A stretch of 63,471 bases of DNA, counting the filler, from Dugesia japonica (taxonomy: Eukaryota), in NCBI GenBank assembly GCA_001938525.1. It is 6 parts of 6 records of this genome, joined end to end, with 100 filler letters (N's around TTAATTAATTAA, not from the genome) between each part and the next. Parts side by side here need not be neighbours in the genome. Positions count along the whole stretch, not along the records: positions 34,051 to 44,777 come from MQRL01646122.1; positions 44,878 to 55,019 come from MQRL01516534.1; 4 more parts are not named here. One strand, given 5' to 3'. The translations under genes were made by a program, and so were the position numbers. Positions 38,911 through 50,358 of the stretch are shown here, one piece after another. The stretch's first letter is position 1; each line of letters begins with the position of its first letter. A model generated the notes under the pieces. The model worked only from the letters and a program-made list of their open reading frames with translations. It was not told the DNA's origin and made no database searches.

Positions 38911-38936
38911 ATTTCTCATATAAGAAATCGCGAAGC

Positions 38937-39830
38937 ATGAATACAAAACAAGTTAATGAAAGAATTAAAGAATTAACAAGTCAAATTGAAGGTGAAGAAA
39001 AATATAATGATTTTTTCTGTAATAAGATTCTTGAATCAAGAGAATTACAAAATAAATTATCAATGTTACAACAACCAACAATTAGTGCAATTGAAAAAAT
39101 TTCAGAGAAACCAGAAACATTAGAAACGAGAGATTTAACAAAATTCTTTTTAAATGAAAAAGTAATTCCATTTATTCCAGAATACTCAATTGATAATATT
39201 GATGCCACCGGAAGGTTAAGTCAATCAATAATTCCTAAATTTTCTACATTTAATGTTAGTGGTATTAATAAGATAAAAAGTTTTATGGAAATAACTTTAA
39301 AAGAAAATAAAATTTATTTATTTGAAGAAGAAGGAAATAAAAATTTCTTATTCAAATAATAAGTTATACCATACACCGATATAATATTTAGAATAATTTT
39401 AAGAAATCTAGATGAAACAGAAACACCCGAAGATGTTGAGGCTTATTTAAATAAATTTATTAGTCCTATTCCAACAAATAGTGATTACTCTAATATGTTA
39501 AAAAGAAAATTTAGAAGGGTAGATATTACCGAAAAACCTAAAAGAAAAAGGAGAAGATTAGATTAGCCCATATTAGATGAGCTCAAATTAAATAAACCTG
39601 TACCATTAAATGAAACAGAAGGAGACGCTCTCAATCGTTTAAGTTTATTTGAAAAGTTAACATTATTAATTTCAGCAGAAAAATCTGGACACAATAATGT
39701 AGATGAAGAAATTAAAAAGGCATGTAAAAAATTAAAGATGGGTTCAATATCTAATAAGATTTATAAAAAATATAAAAAGAAATTTTTAAAACATAGATTT
39801 TACACAAAGCATTTTACATCTAAAGTTTAT
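38937..39830 (+). pseudogene. Conserved adintovirus/Polinton protein of unknown function
   Basis: ORF to 39359, continuing after a frameshift to LFEKLTLLISAEKSGHNNVDEEI, resembling the LxLLxAxxxAGNN C-terminal motif of this gene class. Confidence 0.55.
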
Positions 39831-39839
39831 TTATAAAAA

Positions 39840-40517
39840 ATGTCACATCAATTCTTAGAAGTTGGAAAAGAACAAGATTTAATATTAGATTTAAAATTTC
39901 CTTTAGAATTAGATTCAGAATATGAACTTGGATTAATTTGTTTTTCATGTTACAATATTATTTTTAACATAACAAATTTAAATAATAAATTTACTGTTGA
40001 CACTAAAGAATATAAAATTGAACCTGGATCAAATGAAGTAAAAGTAATTTCAGATAAATTAAAAAAATATGAAATAGAAATTTTGGCCGATACAGCAACT
40101 GCAAAATGTGAAATGAAAACAAAAAAGATATTAAGTTTTAATAATAAATCTTTCTTCCATACAATTTTAGGTTTCAATGAAAAAACTTATCAACCGGGAG
40201 ATTATTTATCAGAAAATAAAATTGACATTTCAAATATTAACACAATAAATATAACTTGTAATATTGTTAAAAGTAATTATGTAAAATCTGATATAGGTAA
40301 CACTGAACAAATTAATCTTTTATATTCATTTCCAATTAACACAGTTGGTTTAGGATATAAAATTCTTGAAAGACCAACATCAACAATTTATTCTNAAATT
40401 AATACAAACTACATTTCAAGATTAAAATTTAATGTTGTAGATGAACATTTTAAAACAATAGATTTTAACCAAGAGACAGTTACAATTTTAGTCCATTTAC
40501 ATAAATATCGACTTTAA
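39840..40517 (+). CDS. Minor capsid protein (penton, single jelly-roll)
   Basis: PLEL..YELGL..YN.IFNIT..NNKF, PGS.E, ILGF, INITCNIV, YKILERP, IDFNQETVTILVHL; intact 225 aa. Confidence 0.88.
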   Translation: MSHQFLEVGKEQDLILDLKFPLELDSEYELGLICFSCYNIIFNITNLNNKFTVDTKEYKIEPGSNEVKVISDKLKKYEIEILADTATAKCEMKTKKILSFNNKSFFHTILGFNEKTYQPGDYLSENKIDISNINTINITCNIVKSNYVKSDIGNTEQINLLYSFPINTVGLGYKILERPTSTIYSXINTNYISRLKFNVVDEHFKTIDFNQETVTILVHLHKYRL

Positions 40518-40544
40518 GAAATAGCAAAGCTGGCCTACGGACAA

Positions 40545-40979
40545 ATGACATACAATTTAATTGATTTCTTAAAAACATTTGGAATTAATACAACTACAAA
40601 TTTTGATTTATATTCAATTGCAGAATTTTTAAAAATGGATTTAGAAATTTATATGAAAAATGAAATAGGGGTGAATATAAATTTAATTTTTAATTATCAA
40701 AATTCAAATCAAAAAAGAATTCATTGGACATGTTACACTAATCATCAATACTTCGACTCTTTTGGTTTAAAACCTTTAGAACAAATTGAAAAATTTACAA
40801 AGAAATATAATGAAATTCAAGTGCAACATTTTGGTACTAACATTTGTGGTGTCTTATGTATTTATTTTTTATATAAAATCTCACATGTCGAATTTGATGG
40901 AGAAAGTGTATTTAATTTAAATACTTCACAAATGCTAAAATTAAAATGTCAGATGCATATAATGAAAATAAATTTGTAA
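40545..40979 (+). CDS. Adenain-like cysteine maturation protease
   Basis: IHWTCY (His), YFDSFG (Asp), YN..QVQ (Gln), ICGVLCIYFL (Cys). Confidence 0.92.
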   Translation: MTYNLIDFLKTFGINTTTNFDLYSIAEFLKMDLEIYMKNEIGVNINLIFNYQNSNQKRIHWTCYTNHQYFDSFGLKPLEQIEKFTKKYNEIQVQHFGTNICGVLCIYFLYKISHVEFDGESVFNLNTSQMLKLKCQMHIMKINL

Positions 40980-41860
40980 ATAAAACAGGTGACACGATAA
41001 CATGTTTAAAAATAAAAGATGAGCCTAAAGATTTAAATGATGCAGTTAATTTAAAATATGTAAAATTACTTGAAATAAAGATTGATAATATCTTAATTAA
41101 AAACTATAATAAAGAAACATTTGATAAAATAAACTATGATATTAAAAGATTAAAATCAGAACTTTTTCCATATAATAAAAGTGATTTAATAATTCGTTTA
41201 AGCAAATTAAATTATGTTGATGTTAAAAGTATAAATGTTAAACTTAAAAATTTAGATGATGATTTAGATAAGAAAACTTTTGACGAGTATATTGTTCATA
41301 TTGATAAATTAAAAATTTTAAATGAAATAATTAAAGATTTTGAATTAATAAAACCAAAACTACATAAATTTCTTATTGATAGAGTTAATGTTTTATTTAA
41401 AATTTATAAACAAACCACTTCTGATGAAACACTTAATGATTTAAGATTGTTAATTAATAATCCTTTATCATATGTTTTTATCCCTGATAATAAAATAATA
41501 TTTTCAATTTCATGTGAAAAAAATGATTTTCCACAATTTAGTTTTAAATATGTAAAGAATTTTTATTTTAGGGGAAAAGGTAAAATGGAGATTGTATTGG
41601 AAAAATATTATTTTTATCTTGAAGAAGATTTTTTAATTGTTATATATACAAAGATTAATGAAAAAATTTCTATAAATATGAATGGTTATTATGGTGGTGA
41701 CTCTGATTTAAAACTTCAAATGTTTATTAATGGTATTATAAAAAAATTTCTTTGGGAAATGGTGATTTTAAAATTTTTGAAGGTAGTGGTGAAACAAATT
41801 TAAATAATATTACTTTAAATATTGAATAAAAGTTTTATTTCCATAATTTAACTATTAAGA
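40946..41860 (+). CDS. Putative fibre/spike protein
   Basis: VNKTGDTIT and PKDLNDAVNLKYV resemble GDTMTG and PxxxxDAxNKxYV fibre-shaft motifs; helical stalk then a beta-rich domain; ORF ends 41803 after a probable frameshift. Confidence 0.55.
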
Positions 41861-41868
41861 GTTTATTA

Positions 41869-42975
41869 ATGGAAAATATTGAACAATTAAAAAAAGAATT
41901 TGAAATGATAAAATCAAAATTTCACAAAAAACATATTTACACCATTAATGTTTTATTTAAAACTTTAAATGATAAAGGTTTAAGAGAAATGTTTGATAAT
42001 TGCTTATATAAAATTTTCTTGCCGGGTGCTAATTCAATTTTATCAATTATCTGTTATGAACAACATCAAACTCGTCCATATTTTCATATTAATGATCATG
42101 TAAATAATTTTGATTTTAAAAGTAAAGGAAAAATAAAAACTAAGTTAAATATTAATTACGCTTATTTTTATCTTGAAGAACCTTTTGAAATATTTTTACA
42201 CACAACAAACATTAATGAAAAACTTTATATAAATATAGATGGTAATTGTGAAATTGAAAAATTTACATATGTCATTAAAATTAATAAAATTGCAGTATCA
42301 TTTTTATATATTAAACCTAAAGATAATAGTATTAAAATTTATAAAGAAAGCACTGAAATTAATAAAAATACAAATATAAACTATGTTCAAATAATTTTAC
42401 CAAAAGAAATTTGTTTAAAGAGTTTAACTATAAAATTGTATAGATTTAAAATTTATGATGAATTAAAAAAAGAGTTTGAAATAATAAAACCAAAACTCCA
42501 TAAAATTTTTGTTGATAGAATTAATGTTCTATTTAAAACTTTTAATAATACCGGTTCTGATGTAATACTTAAAAATATAAAAGAAATAATTGATAATTAT
42601 TTTCCCCATGTTAATGTGGCTAGTAATGAAATAATATTTTCAATTAATCCTCAACAATTTTCTGTTANNNATAAATATGTTAGTAATTTAGATTTAAAAA
42701 GAAAAGGTAAAATCATAAAAGAAATATTTTTAAATACAAACATTAATAGAAAAATTGGTATAAATATAGAAGGTGATTCTCAAATTCAAATATTTGATTA
42801 TGTCATTAGAATTAATACTATTGCAATATCTTATCAATATATGAAACCTAAAGATGATAATATAAAAATTTATCGAAAAAGCACTGAAATTAGTAAAGAC
42901 GCAAATATAAATTATATTGTAATAGGTTTGCCAGAAGAAATTAATTTAAAAAGTTTAATTATAAATTTTATATAA
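41869..42975 (+). CDS. Protein of two tandem ~185-aa domains paralogous to the C-terminal domain of the preceding ORF
   Basis: LKKEFE.IK.K.HK....INVLFK...KGK...NINxK..INIxG...KPKD..IKIY..STEI.K..NINY..I.LP.EI.LKSL.I occurs twice. Confidence 0.75.
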   Translation: MENIEQLKKEFEMIKSKFHKKHIYTINVLFKTLNDKGLREMFDNCLYKIFLPGANSILSIICYEQHQTRPYFHINDHVNNFDFKSKGKIKTKLNINYAYFYLEEPFEIFLHTTNINEKLYINIDGNCEIEKFTYVIKINKIAVSFLYIKPKDNSIKIYKESTEINKNTNINYVQIILPKEICLKSLTIKLYRFKIYDELKKEFEIIKPKLHKIFVDRINVLFKTFNNTGSDVILKNIKEIIDNYFPHVNVASNEIIFSINPQQFSVXXKYVSNLDLKRKGKIIKEIFLNTNINRKIGINIEGDSQIQIFDYVIRINTIAISYQYMKPKDDNIKIYRKSTEISKDANINYIVIGLPEEINLKSLIINFI

Positions 42976-42978
42976 GAA

Positions 42979-43573
42979 ATGGAGAGTGAAAAGTTATATC
43001 CCGACTTGAATGATTATACAATTATAGATTAAAAAAAAACTTGCGATGTCGAGAATTAGAGATTTTGAAAATGACCTTTACTATATTAAAGATAAAATTA
43101 AACATTATAAAAAAATACATAAAAGATGGGAAAGAATAGATTCGGGTATAAAATATACACAGATAATTGTTAGTGTAGGAATTGGAATAGGAGGAATTAT
43201 ATTAATCACTCCAGTTGGAGTTGCGCCTACAACAATTGGTATACCAATAATTACTGGCGCAATTTCCATGTTACCAGTAATTGGAACATTAAATTCTTCA
43301 TTAATAAATTCGAGAAAAGATAGATATGAAAAGTTAATTAAGAAACTTGAGGCTGTTAAAAATAAATTATTTCTATTTCAAGAGAAAGCTGTCAATGATG
43401 AAATTTTAACTGATGATGAATTAATGATAAGTAAAAATATGGTTAATGAAGTCCACGAACTAATAACGGCAACAAAAAATGCAAGCGCAGCGAAAAAAGA
43501 TGAAAGTTTAAAAATGTTAGTAGAAAATCAGACTAAAGTTATTAATGAAATGAAATCTAAATTAGGGATATAA
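42979..43573 (+). CDS. Two-TM Polinton/adintovirus membrane protein with N-terminal LYPDL (5' end frameshifted)
   Basis: MESEKLYPDL at 42979, then ORF 43046..43573 with a hydrophobic hairpin IIVSVGIGIGGIILITPVGVAPTTIGIPIITGAISMLPVIG and KAVNDEILTDDE. Confidence 0.65.
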
Positions 43574-43635
43574 AATTTGCCTGGTAGCATGCTACCAGCT
43601 TAGGACTAAAATTTTTATTTAAGAAATGGCAAAGC

Positions 43636-44490
43636 ATGAACGAAAGACTTAGAAAAGAAATATGTGAATTGTGTTGTAAACATTGTGCTTATAAAGTTAA
43701 TCTTTTTTTACAAACTTCACCATTAACAAGTAAATGGAATGGATTGAATAATTTAAAACAAGAATTTTGGAATGAAGTTCCTGAAGTTGAAATAAAACCT
43801 AAGGTTAAAAAAGAGAAAAAAGTTCAACGTGTAAATTTTATACAAGAAATCCAAGATGAAGATGTTGAAGTTGAAATAGAAGATATTGAAATGGGAAATA
43901 TTGAATTTTCAGATATTAAATGTGAAATGGAAATAGAAGATATTGATGATGAAAATATTATACAAGATATTGATGATGAAAATATTATACAAGAAATGGA
44001 AGAAGTTAAATGTGAAATTCAATCTGAAAATGTTGAAAATGAAATAGAAGATGAATTTATTAAAGAGTTTATAAAATCACTTAAAAATGAAATAACTCTT
44101 CCTAATTCATTTAATTTAAAAAATGTAATAACAAGTCCAGAAAATTCATTAATTACCATTGAAGAAATTTTAGAAACTATAAATGTAAATATTAAATATT
44201 GGTATAATAATTTTAATATTGGAAAAAGAATTACTTTAATTAGTTATTATCAATTAGGGTACTTTTTTAAATTGATGAAAAAAAAATTTAACAGTAATTT
44301 CGAAATAGAAGAACATTTACATAAAATTGGAATAAAATTAAAAATTAATTATGTAAATAAAATAATTAGATTTCATCGTTTCGCAAGAAATTATTTAGAT
44401 GTTTTAAAATCAGATTGGTCATTCAGAAAAATTGAAAAGAACTTTAATAAAATTAAAATATTCTTTGAAGAAAATAAATATCTAATCTAA
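43636..44490 (+). CDS. Unknown viral protein, acidic centre and basic helical C-terminus
   Basis: Intact 284-aa ORF with an in-frame 27-nt duplication (DIDDENIIQ twice). Confidence 0.6.
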   Translation: MNERLRKEICELCCKHCAYKVNLFLQTSPLTSKWNGLNNLKQEFWNEVPEVEIKPKVKKEKKVQRVNFIQEIQDEDVEVEIEDIEMGNIEFSDIKCEMEIEDIDDENIIQDIDDENIIQEMEEVKCEIQSENVENEIEDEFIKEFIKSLKNEITLPNSFNLKNVITSPENSLITIEEILETINVNIKYWYNNFNIGKRITLISYYQLGYFFKLMKKKFNSNFEIEEHLHKIGIKLKINYVNKIIRFHRFARNYLDVLKSDWSFRKIEKNFNKIKIFFEENKYLI

Positions 44491-44500
44491 CATGCAACAT

Positions 44501-44777
44501 TTAAAATAAATCATCTAACATTTCATCAGTTTCTTTATTCAAGTAAAAATAATTATATTTAGTTTTCCAGTGAAGATTTACTTCATAATCATANNNNNNN
44601 NNNNNNNNNNNNNNNNNNNNNNNNNNNNNNNNNNNNNNNNNATCTCTATCAGTTTTATTTAATTTAAAGAAGATGTAACAATTTGAATTATTTCTGATAG
44701 AGCTTTTATCTAATTGATAATATGTTTGTGAAATATAAATCACATTACAATTTGAATGTCGACCTCTTGTGAAATAA
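44501..44777 (-). CDS. A32/FtsK-like packaging ATPase, C-terminal part
   Basis: YFTRGRHSNCNVIYISQ...IRNNSN (Arg-finger and sensor motifs); N-terminus lies beyond the scaffold end. Confidence 0.85.
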
Positions 44778-44877
44778 NNNNNNNNNNNNNNNNNNNNNNN
44801 NNNNNNNNNNNNNNNNNNNNNTTAATTAATTAANNNNNNNNNNNNNNNNNNNNNNNNNNNNNNNNNNNNNNNNNNNN

Positions 44878-44950
44878 TTATGTTTGTTTTGAAAGTGTTT
44901 GAAGACTTCACTTTCTTTCTGTTTGAGATGTTCTTTAATTCTTGTACGGA
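44878..44950 (-). pseudogene. GIY-YIG endonuclease fragment (Penelope-like) abutting PolB
   Basis: RTRIKEHLKQKESEVFKHFQNKH. Confidence 0.5.
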
Positions 44951-46780
44951 ATAATATTGCTGAATCTAGAAATCTAATATTTTCATATTGAAATGAAATA
45001 TAAACTTCATGTATGTGAAGAATTATTTCTTTTACTTTATGTGGATATTTTACTAATAATTCTTTGAAAAATAAATGATTATCATATCCAGAGGAATTGT
45101 GAAAATAAAATGGAATAAATAATTTTTTTACAGATTTATGTTGCAAATTACAAATTTTATGAGCATATCCTTTGAATTCATCATTAAAAGGATCATGGTC
45201 TAATACTAGAGAATTCCTTTCGGTTAAGTATATATTTTTGTTACAATATCTTCATTTTTGTTTGTGATTAGCACTTGTTGGTGGTACATTACATGAAAAC
45301 TCTATAATTAATTAATTTTTTTTTATTATTTAGTTGATTTAAAAACTCAAAGAATTGTTGAATGAATGAATGATTTATCCATGAAATTCTTTATATTTAT
45401 TTTGAATTAAATGTGAACATTTACTCACTACATAAATTCCAAGAGATAATGGTTTTTGTTTCATTTTGTTGGTGTCTGTACAACTTTCAAAATCACCATA
45501 AACTACAAAAGCCATTTTATTTTGGTAATAATAATTTTCAAATGTATAGTATTTATGTTTTGGAAATACAGCATTACTAATTTCATGATTGATACATTCC
45601 TTTTGGTGTTTTTTTAATAAATTTTTACTATGATTCAAATTCATACACCTGATATATAAATAATTTTTATTTCTGTTTGTTGAAAACATTATTACTTACA
45701 CATTTCTTCATTTGATATAATGATTTTTATCAATCAATAAATTATTTTTATTTTCCTCTGGTTTAGGTTTAGTTTTATAATGAGAAATATATACAGGTTT
45801 CAATTTTTTTAGAGTCAGTAAATACAATTATTTGCCAATTTTTCAATTTTTTTAACGTCATCAATATTTACAGGAAATTTAAATCTATTTGTTTGAAATT
45901 CATTTAAATTAGTAATATAATTTGAAACTCAAATTGGATGATCAAGTCTATATTTTTGAGCGAATAACGAACAGTGAAAACATTTTTCATCTTTTTTTGA
46001 ACATTAATACCACATGGTTTTGAAAATGGTAATTTTTGATAAGATGAATTCCCACCAGCTGAAGATTGATATTTAGTCAATTAAATTTTAAAATCAACAA
46101 TGTCATTTAAATTCCAACCAGATTCATTTCTCTCATCACTTCAATATAACTTTGTAATTCATTTATAATATCATTTATCCATTCATTAATTTCGCTTTTT
46201 ATAATAAATTGTTCATTCTTGGAATATGAATTGAAAATTCTTTCAACTTATTCAATAATTACGTTTTTATCATAATTACAATTTACACTTGTTCGAACAT
46301 TAATCATTTTACCATAATAAAAATACTTTTTGACTATTTCAGTGATTTTAGTTTAAAATTCATTAATCATTTTGTCTTAATCATTTGTTTTTGTAGTTTT
46401 TAAACTTTTTTAGTTAATTATATTTTTTTAACTTTTTATAAATCTTGAATATTTTACGAGTTTCTGGATGATATTCAATGACTTCTTCTCCAGGAAGTTG
46501 ATCAAATAATAATTTGTTAACCATTTCTTTATGTGTCTTTGAATACAAAAGTATGGTTTTGATACAAAACATTTTATTACAGATTATCCGTTTTAAATGT
46601 ATTTTATGTGGATTTCCACAAATTGTAGCATTTAAATGTTCTTGAATATAACTTAAGAATTAAATGATTCATAGGACATCTAACTCTTCTTCTAGTTAGA
46701 ATACAGCATAGAGATCTAACATGAAATGTTAAACCTGCTTTATTTTTAAAAATCTATTTATTTTCACTAGTCATTTTAAG
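44950..46780 (-). pseudogene. polB: Decayed N-terminal half of PolB, same family as 35040..38385
   Basis: KLPFSKP, VYGDFES, HDPFNDEFKGYAHKICN, FIPFYFHNSSGYDNHLFF, FLDSA; collinear with the + strand copy. Confidence 0.88.
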
Positions 46781-46889
46781 TATAGATAATTTAGTCGGAA
46801 TGATTTCACCTATTCTAAAGAGGGTTGTTTATATTTTTAATTATTGTTTATGTTTGGTCTATATTTAGTCTATGTCCAGTTTATGTTGG

Positions 46890-47441
46890 ATCTATGTTTT
46901 AGGTTTGAAATTTAATGCTTTACTTAATTCACTATCTACTTCATTATCAATACATCCACCACTTTCATTAACACATTTTTTTGATTTTTTATTTATTGAT
47001 TTATTTGTATTTGGAATACTTGAAATGGTTTTTGATTTTATTAATGTAAAATTATTTCTTTTATAGGTTAAACTTTCTTTTTGTGGAATTTTTAGAATTT
47101 CAAAAGAATTTGTTTTAACATTAAAAATATAATCACCATAATAATTTTTATTTTATTGTTAAGACTTTTCATCAAAAGAATATTTTACTCGAAGAAATCG
47201 TTTTCTCTCAGTTTTCAAATTTAATTCTCTTAAATTGTTATTTAATGTTCGAATACTTATGCCCATTTCCTTGGCAATATTAGAATCTTTGAAATTTGGA
47301 TCTTTCAAAACAAGCTATTGATACTTAGCTGCTAAACAAATCTTTTGAGATTTATTTAACAACCTTGAATCAAAGTTATTTAAACAATTAATATAATCAA
47401 CTACATTTTCACACAAATCTTTTTTTGCTTTCTTTAGTCAT
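46890..47441 (-). pseudogene. HTH-containing viral ORF remnant
   Basis: Manual translation DPNFKDSNIAKEMGISIRTLNNNLRELN. Confidence 0.5.
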
Positions 47442-48158
47442 TTTTCTTAAGTAATAAAATAAGAAACTATGTAAAGAACTATGTTTAAATATGGAATAAT
47501 AATAATAATTATACAAAATATAATTGTGAAATATATAATTAAATTTATTTCATGTTCAAATTTTTTATTTAAATTATCAATATATTTTATAAAACCATTT
47601 ATTTCTTTTGTTTATTTCTATAATCATTTACTTTAATATTCTTTAATAATTAATTTGATTCATTTAAACAATGATGTATATAATTTACAATTGTTTTGAT
47701 AATTTCATGATAATCCAATGACTTCAGTTCCAGAATCACAACTTTTTCATTGGCAAAAAGATTGACACACAGTGGCTTGTATTTGGTGACTTTTAATGCA
47801 CGCAAAAATTTCGGTTCGAACCAACAACCCAATACACTGCTCAATTTTATATAAATTCACTCCCCGTCCAAGATCACATGTTACAGTAATTGATTGAATA
47901 CCATTTATTTGGGTATTGAGATTTTTGCAAGTGATTTGTTTATCCATGATCGCTTTTGCATCCCATTATTCGACATTTTCCCGATTCAAAAACAATTACT
48001 GAATAATCTTTCATTTTAATTACATATTGCATGGGTTTCTTACAGGTATTAAATTGAAGGTCCAAAAGTAAATCAATTAGATGAGCTCTGTAATTAATAT
48101 TTGATAAGATTGTTTAGTGACGAATGAGCAAAAAAATAATTTCTATGGTTTCTGTAAA

Positions 48159-48732
48159 ATGTTACTACAAAACAACGCGGGTTTTCAATAGTCGGTCCTA
48201 GTGGAAGCGGCAAAACATTATTTGTTCGCAAATTACTACAAAGCAAATTGTTTCGAATAAAGTTCAAAAATATTTATTGGCATCAAGGTGGTGGAGGTGA
48301 AGCCGGCTTGACTAATGGTTAATTTTCCTAGTTGAGAAAGAATACGATGATTGATGGATTCGATGATGATTGGTTAAAGAGATTAAATACTGGGAGTGTT
48401 ATTGTAATTGAGGCAATAAGGAGGCTGATTTTAATAATCTGTTTACAATAACTGCTTATCATGGTAATGTAACTGTCGTCTTCATTACGTACACGTAATC
48501 TAAATTTCCATTATTTGGTTTTATTGCAAAATCAGATCAAACTGTGATTGACTATATTTCTCGTCAAGAATTTCCTCAACATATCGAATTTTTATCAGAT
48601 ACATTTTGAAATGTTATTACAAAATCACGTAAGTATTTATTTATTGATTTTACACAACAATATACTGATGATGAACTAGTACAAACCCATATATTCAATT
48701 TGGAAGAAATAACAGTTTACAAACAAAATTAA
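48159..48732 (+). pseudogene. Polinton packaging ATPase (second element class)
   Basis: Walker A IVGPSGSGKT at ~48188-48217, VIVIE Walker B remnant, HGNVTVVFIT, YLFIDF; many stops. Confidence 0.8.
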
Positions 48733-48754
48733 TACCTAATAAAAGAAACAAGAA

Positions 48755-49224
48755 ATGAATCGATATAAAAAAGTTGTCATAAAACAAACATGTGGTAGGG
48801 CTGATAATTTGAGACGATTTCCCGAAGTATTCCATACTTTAAGGCAATTTTAATGGCTCCCTCAAATTCTCGATGGCAAATTATGCAATCTATGTTGGCA
48901 TTTGTAATGAATGATTTCATTAATGTTTTGAAACAAATTATTTTCAGCCAAGTCGATGTAGGTCACAAAACTGGAAAATATCGATGGAAAAAGTATCAAG
49001 AAGCTCTTGTAGATATGGCAAATGCAATAAATTTGGAAGCAAAGAAATTAATATTAGAAAGACAGTTTCCTATACAACATGAAAAAAAAACAAAAGCAAA
49101 AAAATGTTTATTATAGACAAAATGAAGATGGATTTTTTTGGCTGCCCTTTTACCAATTCTACGTTTTTTGGGAAAGGTGGCTGCAACTGGTGCAATTAGG
49201 GCTGCTACAAAGAAAATTATTTAA
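48755..49224 (+). pseudogene. PW/pX-like small Polinton protein(s)
   Basis: Ends ...DGFFLAALLPILRFLGKVAATGAI. Confidence 0.5.
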
Positions 49225-49334
49225 TCTGTATAAATAATTTAGATTCTTTTTGATATTGCAATAAAAATGGGTGTTGCCCATAATATTCCAGACATTTTAC
49301 TAAATATTCGTTGTTGTATTTTCGTGATCAAGTT

Positions 49335-50358
49335 GATGGAACAACTATGGTAAAACCCAAAAAATCCAGTTGTATACGCCGGTATTTCAAAGTTTGCAAA
49401 TGCTGCAAACGATTCGGTGAAAGAGACGAAGAAATGGTTAGGTAATCAGTTGGCGTATAGTTTGAATGGACCAATGAGAAAACAGGTTTTAAGACGGAAA
49501 TATATTGTTGCTGGTGTTAATAGACTATGGCGAATGAACTTGATGGAAATGATTCCATATGTAAGCATAAATTATGATTATCGATATATTTTGACATGTA
49601 TTGATGTATTTAGTCGATTTGTGAGTGTGAATCCAGTAAAACGGAAATCTGGTATAAATATGTTGTTGGCGTTGACGGTAATGTTTAAAGATGTTCATCC
49701 AAAAGCTACTTAAACCGATTTGGGTAAAGAGTTTTACAATACCCAGGTCAAATCATTACTAAAACAATATTGTATAATGCACTATTCAATATTTTCTCAG
49801 TACAAGGCCGCTCTAGTTGAGCGATTTAATCGAAAACTACGCACACGATTAAGTAAGTTCTTCACCAAACAAGGTTTTAAAAAATGGATACATGTTTTTT
49901 CCAAAAATGATTTATGCATACAACCATTCTAAGCTTAGAAGTATTGGAGGACAAACCCCTGAAGATGTAAAAGATGATGATAATGATTATACACATTATT
50001 TCATCAATAAAAAACCAAAACCAAAATATAAAATTGGACAACAAATACGGATTTCTCGAATAAGTACTACGCCATTCATCAAAAACTTTGATAATTATTG
50101 GAGTGATGAAGTCTTTCAAATCTTGGAAACCAACACGAGACAAACCCCAGTCATATTTATAATACGTGATGAAGATGGTAATATTATTCAAGGGACATTT
50201 TATGAGCAGGAATTGCAAATCTTACCGGAAAAAACAAGTATATACCAAATCAAATCAATTCTCAAACTAAAGGTCAAGGTTAATATAAACAATATCTAGT
50301 TGAATGGCATGAATATTCAAAGCCTACGAGGATTCAAGCATCTCAAATTCAATAATAA
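49335..50358 (+). pseudogene. int: Polinton retroviral-like integrase with chromodomain
   Basis: YRYILTCIDVFSRF, TDLGKEFYN, KAALVERFNR, YNHS..RSIG..P, KYKIGQQIRIS, WSDEVF, GTFYEQELQ, YLVEW. Confidence 0.92.

Larger units (their letters stand above)
34506..44777 (+). mobile_element. Endogenous Polinton/Maverick (adintovirus-like) provirus segment, truncated by the scaffold end
   Basis: Compact syntenic pPolB, pX-like, penton, adenain, fibre-like and ATPase genes; left boundary uncertain. Confidence 0.9.

Noticed and set aside
35040-46780. Inverted PolB pair suggesting one element with giant inverted repeats
   Set aside because: The copies are highly diverged and separated by an artificial spacer at 44822.
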